A stretch of 64,000 nt of DNA from Candidatus Latescibacterota bacterium (GTDB lineage: Bacteria > Latescibacterota > UBA2968 > SICM01). Positions 21,513 through 30,079 of this stretch are shown here, piece after piece; the first letter of the stretch is position 1, and the number at the start of each line of letters is the position of its first letter. The notes beneath the pieces were generated by a model. That model was not told the DNA's origin. It made no database searches and worked only from the letters and a program-made list of their open reading frames with translations. Made by a program: the position numbers and the translations under genes. The stretch covers positions 704,001-768,000 of the forward strand of contig CBDCJO010000002.1 of the NCBI GenBank assembly GCA_965217865.1, given 5' to 3'.

Positions 21513-23327
21513 TTATTCCCATTCAATCGTCCCCGGGGGTTTGTGTGTGATATCATACAACACCGCATCCACACCGCCCAGCGCAAGGATGGAACTTGCG
21601 ATTTTCTCCACAACCGGTTTAGGAAGTTCGGCAAAACGAGCCGTCATGAAATCAGGCGTGGAGACGGGTCGAAGGACCACGAGCTCCTTCTGTCCGTCCG
21701 AAGATAACGGTACCAGTACCGTAGGCATCTGGGATACCTGATCCATCAGCCCGTAATCGTCTAAGGCCTTCATGGCGATGTCATCGGCCTCCCGCAGCAG
21801 GTCGAGCCGGTTGCGGCTCAGGAACGCCCGTTTCGGACGAAGATCGGGCAGAGCGTCGGGTGCGACCAGATAGACAACCCGGTTGACCGAGCCGATGTTG
21901 TTCGTGATTTCTGTGGAGACCTTCTCCAACTCCTTCCATCCAGCCTGCCCCCAGAGCACGGCGGGGTGCGCATAAGTCCTGAAGTCCCCCTGCACGCCGA
22001 CACTCCTCAGCGGAAGAATCCGTGCGCCCAGGCCTTCCCTCCCTGCGATCTCCTCGACAAGCTTTTCCGCGCCTTCGTCCAGGTCCTGAAACGCTTCATC
22101 TCCCCTGGCACAAAGTGTTCGAACGGCCAATCCCGGTCCGGGGAAAGGATGGCGTCCTATCAGGCGCTCCGGAAGACCCAGGACTTTTCCCAACTGACGG
22201 ACCTCATCCTTGTAGAGATCCGCAAGCGGCTCTACAACCTTCCCTTCCCCAATCAGGGCTTCGATCAGGTCGATCCGGTTGTGATGCGTCTTGATCACTC
22301 CGGCGTGCTCCGTCCCCCCCGATTCGATGGTATCCGGATAGAGCGTTCCCTGTCCCAGCAGGTAGACATCGGGATCCAGGCCCATGTCCGCAAGGGCCCG
22401 GTCCTTCACCTTGAGAAAGGTCTCTCCGATGGCCTTCCGCTTTTCTTCGGGTTCGAAAAGCCCTTCGGTGTCCAGCAAAAAATCATCCGAGGCATCCACA
22501 ACGTGGAGATTGTGAAGCCCCTCTTCCGATAGCAATTCCTCCACAACCGCGGTCTCCTGTTTGCGCATGAAACCGTTGTCGATGTGAAGTCCAAGGACGC
22601 GGTTTTCGCCCATCGCGCGGTTCAGGAGGACAAAGGCCACTGCCGAATCGACCCCGCCGCTTACGAGCAGGAAGACATTGCGGTCTCCCATCCTAGCCCG
22701 GATATCCTCCGTCGCGGTCTGTAGATAATGCTCCATCGTCCACGTTCTGGGGCATTCACACGCGTTCAGGAAATTATCCAGGATCTGCAACCCCGATGGG
22801 GTGTGCGCGACCTCCGGGTGAAACTGAAGTCCGTAAATCCTCCGGGAATGATCCCCCACTGCGGCCGTCGGGCAGTCAGGTGTCTCGCCCAGGATCTCGA
22901 AACCGGAGGGGAGGCGCCGAACCGTATCCCCGTGGCTCATCCAGACTGTCTCTTCCCCGTCCAGGCCCTTCAGAATCCCTGAGCCGGAAATGACCCTCAT
23001 TCGCGCGGTGCCGAACTCCTTTGTCGCACCCGGTGTAACTTCTCCCCCCAGGTGCCGGCAGAGAAGCTGATGCCCGTAGCACAGACCTAGAACCGGTTTG
23101 CCCAGATTCAAAACCGCGGGATTGAACGGAGGCGCATCAGGGTCATACACGCTTGCCGGACCTCCGGAAAGGATGATCCCACAGACCCCTTTCAGATCTC
23201 TCTCATCCAGATCCGGCTGCTTAATCTCCGAGTAGACCTCGAGACGGCGAACGCGATTTGCTATCAAGTGAGCGTACTGTCCTCCGAAATCCAGAACCAC
23301 GATCCCGCCCTTCACGCTCGTCTCCAA
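21513..23327 (-). CDS. guaA: GMP synthase (glutamine-hydrolysing)
   Basis: LDFGGQY, GLCYGHQ, QFHPEV, SGGVDS, IKTHHN, HPFPGPGL, KPPGTIEWE. Confidence 0.97.
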   Translation of the reverse strand: METSVKGGIVVLDFGGQYAHLIANRVRRLEVYSEIKQPDLDERDLKGVCGIILSGGPASVYDPDAPPFNPAVLNLGKPVLGLCYGHQLLCRHLGGEVTPGATKEFGTARMRVISGSGILKGLDGEETVWMSHGDTVRRLPSGFEILGETPDCPTAAVGDHSRRIYGLQFHPEVAHTPSGLQILDNFLNACECPRTWTMEHYLQTATEDIRARMGDRNVFLLVSGGVDSAVAFVLLNRAMGENRVLGLHIDNGFMRKQETAVVEELLSEEGLHNLHVVDASDDFLLDTEGLFEPEEKRKAIGETFLKVKDRALADMGLDPDVYLLGQGTLYPDTIESGGTEHAGVIKTHHNRIDLIEALIGEGKVVEPLADLYKDEVRQLGKVLGLPERLIGRHPFPGPGLAVRTLCARGDEAFQDLDEGAEKLVEEIAGREGLGARILPLRSVGVQGDFRTYAHPAVLWGQAGWKELEKVSTEITNNIGSVNRVVYLVAPDALPDLRPKRAFLSRNRLDLLREADDIAMKALDDYGLMDQVSQMPTVLVPLSSDGQKELVVLRPVSTPDFMTARFAELPKPVVEKIASSILALGGVDAVLYDITHKPPGTIEWE

Positions 23328-23377
23328 AAATCCATACCCCTACGTCAAAAAATCTATCATTTCCGGAATATTGTAAC

Positions 23378-23806
23378 TTACAGGTTCTTTATTTTTTTTA
23401 TATCGATTTTCTTTTCGCTTCCCTTCTGCCAATCGAACTCGTTATCGAAGTCATAGACCCCTGAGAAATCCTCGATCCGATCCTCCTCAGTCTTGCTCAT
23501 CAAACCCGCTTTCACCAGGGCGAACACCATTCCGCCAAAATCATCCGTCTTCGTGATCCCCCAGTGCTCCAGTACGGATCGCGCCATCGGACCGTACTGT
23601 TCCCTCGCGAAGGCCGCGATGCCCCGTGCCAGTTCCTGCCCCGACACGTGGCGTTTCTCTTGGGTCTCCTCTTTGTCTCGGCCAAGATCCCGAACCGTGA
23701 ATTCGAGAGCCGCATATAAAAAGAAATATGCCTCCTTGCGATACCGGCCGTCCCTCTCCGCCAGCTCCTCTACCTGTTTAATAAAATCATGCTCCTTTTC
23801 TGCCAT
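23378..23806 (-). CDS. Minf_1886 family protein
   Basis: DGRYRKEAYFF...RHVSGQEL...EQYGPMARSVLEHWGI...DFG..VF..EDF; AAGGAG before ATG 23806. Confidence 0.85.
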   Translation of the reverse strand: MAEKEHDFIKQVEELAERDGRYRKEAYFFLYAALEFTVRDLGRDKEETQEKRHVSGQELARGIAAFAREQYGPMARSVLEHWGITKTDDFGGMVFALVKAGLMSKTEEDRIEDFSGVYDFDNEFDWQKGSEKKIDIKKIKNL

Positions 23807-24023
23807 AGCCACACGACTCCTTGGTTGCCTTCGAGACGCCCAATCCCCGGATAGAGTACAATAATAGGATAACCTTCTCTCCCGGTCAATCCATTTTTGG
23901 ACGTTCATTTTGAACGGACCCCATTGGCTGGGAAGCCAAAAGGCTTGTCATGCCTTTCCCGCTGTCCTATATTCTATCCACCTTTCACGATGCCAAGTGT
24001 TAAACCTGTCGCCATTCGGGAAC

Positions 24024-25823
24024 ATGGAACCAAAATTCATCCGAAATTTCTCTATAATCGCCCACATCGACCACGGCAAATCCACCCTGGCCGACCGGAT
24101 CCTGGAGCAGACCGCCACGCTGGGGCCTCAGGAGATGCAGGACCAGGTCCTGGACAACATGGACCTTGAGCGGGAGCGCGGCATCACCATTAAGTCTCAC
24201 GCAGTCCGAATGGAATATCGAACTGCGGAGGATCAGGTTTACGTCCTCAACCTGATAGACACGCCAGGCCACGTCGATTTCTCGTATGAAGTCTCACGAA
24301 GCCTTGCGGCCTGCGAAGGGGCGCTACTCCTTGTGGATGCCGCGCAGGGAGTGGAGGCACAGACCGTGAGCAACGCCCTTCTCGCCATGGAGCACGACCT
24401 GACGATCATCCCCATTATCAATAAGATCGACCTCCCGAGTGCCCAACTTGAGCGTGTATCCCGGCAGATCGTCGAACTCGTCGGAGCCTCGGAAAAGGAG
24501 ATCCTGAACATCAGCGCAAAGGAGGGAATCGGAACCCAGGAAGTCCTTCATGCGGTTGTTGAACGGGTGCCCCCGCCGGGGGGGAAGCCCAGCGACCCGC
24601 TTCGAGCCCTCATCTTCGACTCCACGTTCGACCGCTACCGGGGGGCCGTGGTCTACGTCCGCCTTTTCGACGGGGTTCTGGAGGAAGGAAAGACCATCAG
24701 GCTGTTTGCGGGAGGAGAGGATTACGAGGCGGAAGAGGTGGGTATCCTCTGCTTGGGACGTGTCCGGAAAGGCGGCCTTTCGGCCGGGGAGGTAGGCTAC
24801 CTTATCAGCGGGATAAAGGACTTGTCCATGGCCCAGGTCGGAGACACCGTGATGGAAGCCGACAAAATTACGGACCCGCTTCCCGGCTACAAGCGCGTCA
24901 AATCGATGGTGTTCAGCGGCATCTATCCGATCAATGCCGACGATTATTCGGGGCTGCGCGACGCCCTCGACCGCTTGAAGCTGAACGACGCCTCCATAAA
25001 CTTTGTGCCGGAGACGTCTACAGCCCTGGGCTTCGGGTTCAGATGTGGCTTTTTGGGGCTCCTTCACATGGAGATCGTGCAGGAGCGTCTGGAACGCGAG
25101 TACGACATGGAGATCATCAACACCGTCCCCAACGTGGAATACGAAGTCTTGATGACCGATGGTGAAGTGTTGGTGGTCGATAACCCCACCAAATTGCCGA
25201 ACCAGGCGAATATCGAAGAGATCGCCGAACCCTACCTGACCGCGAAAATCCTGGTACCTTCCGAATATGTCGGAAATATCATGCGGCTTTGCACCGATCG
25301 TCGCGGGGTCTACATCAACGCGGATTACCTCGATCCAACCCGCGCTGTCCTCCATTATGAACTTCCGCTCTCAGAGATCGTCATCGATTTCTACGACCGG
25401 TTAAAGTCGGTCACAAGAGGCTACGCTTCTCTCGATTATGATTATCTGGGGCACCGGCCATCGAAACTGGTAAAACTGGACATCATGATCAACGGGGATC
25501 CAATCGATGCCCTTTCCATAATCCTCCATCGGGACAAGGCCTACGACTGGGGCCGCACCCTCTGTCGTAAACTCAGAGACCTGATCCCAAGGCAACTTTT
25601 CGAGGTGATCATCCAGGCAGCGATCGGAAGCAAGATCATTTCGAGGGAGACCGTGCGCCCATTTCGCAAGAACGTTACGGCCAAGTGCTACGGGGGTGAC
25701 GTCACACGAAAACGCAAACTCCTGGAAAGACAGAAAGAGGGGAAAAAGCGGATGAAACAGGTGGGCAATGTCGAGATCCCTCAGGAGGCCTTCCTGGCCA
25801 TCCTGGCCATGGATGAAACATAA
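24024..25823 (+). CDS. lepA: Translation elongation factor 4
   Basis: [43 protein letters not shown]. Confidence 0.98.
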   Translation: MEPKFIRNFSIIAHIDHGKSTLADRILEQTATLGPQEMQDQVLDNMDLERERGITIKSHAVRMEYRTAEDQVYVLNLIDTPGHVDFSYEVSRSLAACEGALLLVDAAQGVEAQTVSNALLAMEHDLTIIPIINKIDLPSAQLERVSRQIVELVGASEKEILNISAKEGIGTQEVLHAVVERVPPPGGKPSDPLRALIFDSTFDRYRGAVVYVRLFDGVLEEGKTIRLFAGGEDYEAEEVGILCLGRVRKGGLSAGEVGYLISGIKDLSMAQVGDTVMEADKITDPLPGYKRVKSMVFSGIYPINADDYSGLRDALDRLKLNDASINFVPETSTALGFGFRCGFLGLLHMEIVQERLEREYDMEIINTVPNVEYEVLMTDGEVLVVDNPTKLPNQANIEEIAEPYLTAKILVPSEYVGNIMRLCTDRRGVYINADYLDPTRAVLHYELPLSEIVIDFYDRLKSVTRGYASLDYDYLGHRPSKLVKLDIMINGDPIDALSIILHRDKAYDWGRTLCRKLRDLIPRQLFEVIIQAAIGSKIISRETVRPFRKNVTAKCYGGDVTRKRKLLERQKEGKKRMKQVGNVEIPQEAFLAILAMDET

Positions 25824-25850
25824 GAACCGTGATTCGTCGTTCGTGATTCG

Positions 25851-26140
25851 CGCGAGGGGCTGTGCCTCTCGCGGTGAAATCGTCCACATCCCTTCGACGG
25901 GCGACCACATCGGGTCGCCCCTACAAAAGCGCTCGAATGGTGATATCGTAACGAATCACACTGTTCCCCCTTCCCGTTTTGGAAAGGGGGCTAGGGCTTA
26001 GGTCAGACACACGATCGAATTCTGTATATTCGTCAAACAATCCTGGATTGGATTGCCTTTGTAGGGGCACGGCATGCCGTGCCCCTACAAATATTTTTGC
26101 CGCTCTCCCGACCCGCAGGAGCCGTGCCTCACCCCGACAA
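25851..26140. repeat. Composite REP-like palindrome cluster, copy A
   Basis: GGGCGACCACATCGGGTCGCCCCTAC and GTAGGGGCACGGCATGCCGTGCCCCTAC; homologous to 47861-48060 and 62060-62195. Confidence 0.85.
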
Positions 26141-26154
26141 TTTTTTAACGGACA

Positions 26155-27438
26155 CTATTTCTTTAAGAATACGCGCCCTGCATGACCCGGCACAGGCAAT
26201 CGAACGACTCCGTTTTCCACGGCGTACTTCTTTCCGTCCAGGAAGTCCCTCACGGCACAGTTTCGAAATGATTTCGGACAGGAGGCCTTGACCGTCGCCG
26301 GGCGGGCCCTCCCGTTTATGGCAATGATACCCCCCTCGAACGTGGCGTAATCGATCGACCCGGCGCTCTTCAAATCGGTCAACCGGCGGCCCAGGTCCAA
26401 CCGCCGGACGGCCGCACACTTGGATCCTTTGCCTGTGCCGTAGTCGGACCACAGATAGCCGCACAGGCGGGCGGCTGCGTAAGCGAAAAGGGCATCCTCA
26501 ACGACAGATCCTTCGGTACGCCCCAGGTAACTCAGGGCAAAGATCCTCCCCCCGTTCCGATGGAGAGCTTCCCATCTCTTCGATCCGCGTTTGACTTCAG
26601 GCCAGTCGTGTCTCCTGCCCGGCCAAGCCCAGGAAAAGATGAAGGATTCGAGCATCCCGGCGTCGGCATGCTCGGAAAAAGTGGCGCCGTTGACCACCAC
26701 CACCTTGTCCGGTCCGTAAGATCTGACCGTTCGCCGGACCTTCTCCAGCAATTTCAAAAAAGCGTAATCGTGGTCCTGGTCCGGATAGATATGCTTGTGC
26801 CGCGGGAGTTCCAGAATCGACGGGTCCAGGATGGCCGTCGACTTTTTACCCCCCCCGTGATGAGGATTGATTTCATCGGCCTCACTCTGGCGGACCCGAC
26901 CCTCTAATCCGGGCACGGAAGTGCAGACCATCCGGTACTTTTTCGAATAGCCCACGCGCACCCCGTCCCCGAAGCAAGGCATTCGATGATCGGCGTTGTC
27001 CACGAAGATGCCATCCGCGCCTTGTTGCATCTGTCGGTGAACCATCGCCAGGGCCATATCCACGTATTCCTTCGTGTTGTTGCACGCGAGGTACCGCCAC
27101 ATCCGCCAGGTATCGTCCATCGGCGTGTTGACAAATCGGTTGTCCTTGTCGAGCAGAAGGATCTGAGGGCGTTTGGGGTCCCAATCGACCCGCCCCGTCC
27201 AATATTCATATCCTGTTCTGTGCACAAAGGTGTCGTAGAATGAAAGGTAAGACAGTCCGCGCGATCCCACGGAATGGAGCTGTTTTAACGCTTTTCCCAA
27301 CTGGACGTTGATCAACAGCGGGATCCCTTCGTACTTCTTTCGGGCGGCGCCTTTTACGGCAGACCATGCGTATGCCCCGTGTTCGGACCACGATGAAAAC
27401 GTTGCCGTAGTTTTTAGCCAGGCGGGTGTGTTTTTCAT
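26155..27438 (-). CDS. Hypothetical protein, putative glycoside hydrolase-like TIM barrel
   Basis: 427 aa; GADGIFVDNA, KVVVVNG, GMLESF and a short beta-sandwich-like C-terminus; family uncertain. Confidence 0.55.
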   Translation of the reverse strand: MKNTPAWLKTTATFSSWSEHGAYAWSAVKGAARKKYEGIPLLINVQLGKALKQLHSVGSRGLSYLSFYDTFVHRTGYEYWTGRVDWDPKRPQILLLDKDNRFVNTPMDDTWRMWRYLACNNTKEYVDMALAMVHRQMQQGADGIFVDNADHRMPCFGDGVRVGYSKKYRMVCTSVPGLEGRVRQSEADEINPHHGGGKKSTAILDPSILELPRHKHIYPDQDHDYAFLKLLEKVRRTVRSYGPDKVVVVNGATFSEHADAGMLESFIFSWAWPGRRHDWPEVKRGSKRWEALHRNGGRIFALSYLGRTEGSVVEDALFAYAAARLCGYLWSDYGTGKGSKCAAVRRLDLGRRLTDLKSAGSIDYATFEGGIIAINGRARPATVKASCPKSFRNCAVRDFLDGKKYAVENGVVRLPVPGHAGRVFLKK

Positions 27439-27517
27439 CTTCTCTCCCCGACCCGTTGCGGGCCGTCTCGGGTTAACGATAACTCAGGGAATTACGACGA
27501 ATTTTCCGGGTGATCGA

Positions 27518-28567
27518 TCAAACCGGGAGTCGAAGCCGTTCCCACTTTTTCTGAAATCCAGCCCTTTCGAAAATTTCGGAGTTCACTGCCCCGTCCGGTC
27601 TTTTTCCAGAACAGAGATCGACCATCGCCTGGCTTGCCATCCGTCCTGCATCCCGGAACAGTTCGTGAGTCCAGCCTATGCAATGAGGGGCAAGCAGCAC
27701 GTTCTCAAGCTCTCCGAAGCGATGGGGACTGGTAATCGGCTCCCCGACCAGGCAATCCAGGGCGGCCCCCGCGATCCGTTTGTTCTTCAGGGCGGCGAAA
27801 AGCGCGTCTTCATCCACGATTCCGCCCCTTGCCGTATTGATCAGATAGGCATCCGGTTTCATGAGGGAGATCTCGGAGGGGCCGATGAGATTTGTCGTTT
27901 TTTCATTAAGCGGACAATGGATGGACACGAAATCGGCTGAGGACATCAACTCGTGAAGCTCGACGGACTTCACACCGAGCTGTCGGCCTTTGTCCTCGTC
28001 GAAAAACGGATCATAGGCGATTGGGGTGTCCATCCCGAATCCATGGAGAAGCTCGATCGTGGTCCCGCCGATGCCCCCAAAACCAACCACCCCCAACGTT
28101 CGGTCCCGTAATTCGCAACCCATGTAATCGGATCGAATGTCCCATTGGCCTGCTCGAACCAGCGCGTCCTTTGTGCGCACGTGATGCGTGAGCGCCAGCA
28201 TCCATCCGATGGTCGCTTCCGCCATCGGTCGGTCCACGGCGCCGGAGGTGATCGTCAACAGCACATCGGCCTCGGTACAGGCCTTCACCTCGACCTGGTC
28301 ATAGCCCACACCCATCCGCCCAATGGCCAGCAGATCGTCGCTCTTTGACAGGGAGGCGGTGGTGACCTTCATGCCCCCGATGATCAGGGCGTTGAACGAT
28401 CCAACCTGGTCCGGCCCGAGTTCAGGCCGATTTTCGGCCAGCCGGCCGGTAGAGATTTGGGGGTGTTCCTCCAGCACCTCCAATCCCATCTCTGGAAAAA
28501 TGGATTTCCCATCGGGCTTCAGGATATCGGCCGAATAGGCCACCTTGAAAGGTGGTCGTCCGTTCAT
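27518..28567 (-). CDS. D-isomer-specific 2-hydroxyacid dehydrogenase (SerA-like)
   Basis: GVGYD, GVVGFGGIG, HCPL, INTARG, LAPH. Confidence 0.92.
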   Translation of the reverse strand: MNGRPPFKVAYSADILKPDGKSIFPEMGLEVLEEHPQISTGRLAENRPELGPDQVGSFNALIIGGMKVTTASLSKSDDLLAIGRMGVGYDQVEVKACTEADVLLTITSGAVDRPMAEATIGWMLALTHHVRTKDALVRAGQWDIRSDYMGCELRDRTLGVVGFGGIGGTTIELLHGFGMDTPIAYDPFFDEDKGRQLGVKSVELHELMSSADFVSIHCPLNEKTTNLIGPSEISLMKPDAYLINTARGGIVDEDALFAALKNKRIAGAALDCLVGEPITSPHRFGELENVLLAPHCIGWTHELFRDAGRMASQAMVDLCSGKRPDGAVNSEIFERAGFQKKWERLRLPV

Positions 28568-28700
28568 TCATTCCCTTGAAGAGAGAAACTATCGAATATG
28601 GTGTTGGGAATACCGGGTACGGGGAATGCGATAGGAATTCAATCGGGGAACTTGCCTTGCTTCATCCCACCCCTCAAGTCAGAGAATATGCCGATGGGGA

Positions 28701-29627
28701 TCACGCCTCTCCCACGATCTGTTCAACGATGTTCAGACCGACCCGCTCGCTCCATCTATCGATCAGTCTCCGGAACAACGGTCCCATCGGCACCCCGTCT
28801 CCGATCTCGATGCCGTTGATCTTCGTGACAGGGGCCATGCAGTAGGGCGTTGTGGGAAGAAAGGCCTCATCCGCGTTGATCACATCGTGTACCTGAATAT
28901 CCCGCTCAAGGAACGGAATGTCCATCTCACCGCACAGCTCACGGATGGTCTGCAGGCTTATTCCGGGAAGGATATTCCGCGGCGGCGGGGAGATCACGGT
29001 TCCATCCTTCGCGATCAGGAAGTTCGATCCTGATGTCTCGGCCACGTTCCCGTCAAGATCCAGGACAAGCGGTATCGCACGGGGATCGACCAGTTCCGAC
29101 TCCTTCGAGGCCAGCCACCAGTGCATGCGGCTCCGGCATTTCATCTTCGGATCCGTGCATTGGGGTGGAATGTGCCGGATCGACGGGGTCACCACGTGTA
29201 CCCCCTCGGTGAAGTAGGCGCGCCAGAGCTCGAACGGCAACCGAAAGGTATGCATGCAAAACGTGGGAGTATCCTTCTTCAACCCCCCGGCCCCGCCCGC
29301 ATAAGTGGTGAACAATCCCGGGGTGATGAAATAGACGAGCGCCAGCTCCTCCGCCTCTCCGATCAGTCCTCCGTTATGCTCGATCAGACGTCGGGAGATC
29401 TTCATCGTCTCTTCCACCGATATGACCGGAAGGATCCGGGCATACTTGCACGACCGGTAGAACCTGGCGGCGTGATCCTCCAGTCGATAGGGCTGCTTCC
29501 TAAAGGTCCGTATCAGGTCCGTCACCGTAGCCCCCATGACGATCCCCGCATCGAAAATCTCTAGATGCGCCTCCGAGGCCGGAAGGAGTTCGCCGCTCAG
29601 GTAGACCAGGGGTTCATTGGAGCCCAT
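28701..29627 (-). CDS. Class IV PLP aminotransferase (IlvE/D-amino acid transaminase-like)
   Basis: IRTF, LEDHAARFYRS, KCRSR, ETSGSN, ILPGIS, ADEAF. Confidence 0.9.
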   Translation of the reverse strand: MGSNEPLVYLSGELLPASEAHLEIFDAGIVMGATVTDLIRTFRKQPYRLEDHAARFYRSCKYARILPVISVEETMKISRRLIEHNGGLIGEAEELALVYFITPGLFTTYAGGAGGLKKDTPTFCMHTFRLPFELWRAYFTEGVHVVTPSIRHIPPQCTDPKMKCRSRMHWWLASKESELVDPRAIPLVLDLDGNVAETSGSNFLIAKDGTVISPPPRNILPGISLQTIRELCGEMDIPFLERDIQVHDVINADEAFLPTTPYCMAPVTKINGIEIGDGVPMGPLFRRLIDRWSERVGLNIVEQIVGEA

Positions 29628-29844
29628 TGTTAACTCCTGACGCTAAACGTGAAAGGTGACGCTTATCCCGTATCTCGTAAGAGCCCATTATTATCTCTTT
29701 TGGCTTCTCCGCTTTACGTTTCTCGAGATACGCTTCATGATCTTTAGGTTTCAGGCTCTCCGCGGGATATAGTGGGACCTGTCTTCGCGATTGACACCCG
29801 GACCTTCGATCTAATCGAGAAGCCGAGACTAAAGTCAGGGCCTT

Positions 29845-30003
29845 CTTTCAGCGCCAACGGCGCGTTGTCCCTCAACCCAGGGCATCGCCCTGGGTCATGC
29901 GAAGCAATAGCGTCGTGCGGCCTGAAAGGTCGCGATAACTTCACATCGCCCAATCCCTTTCCCGCATCTTGATTCATCTCGTGTTCAGCACAAAAGATCG
30001 TAA
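29845..30003 (+). mobile_element. Remnant of an IS200/REP-associated TnpA element
   Basis: Palindromes (CCCAGGGCATCGCCCTGGG, GCCTGAAAGG) followed by AQSLSRILIHLVFSTKDR, the TnpA N-terminal motif, then truncated. Confidence 0.7.
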
Positions 30004-30079
30004 CCGCGCCCCACGTCCGGATCGCGGACCGTTGGCCCGCTGATCCTCCGCTTCTCCGCTTCACGTTTCACGATCTTTT

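Noticed and set aside
21513-23327. GuaA longer than the usual ~520 aa as a novelty
   Set aside because: All catalytic motifs are normal and longer forms with an extended C-terminal region are known.
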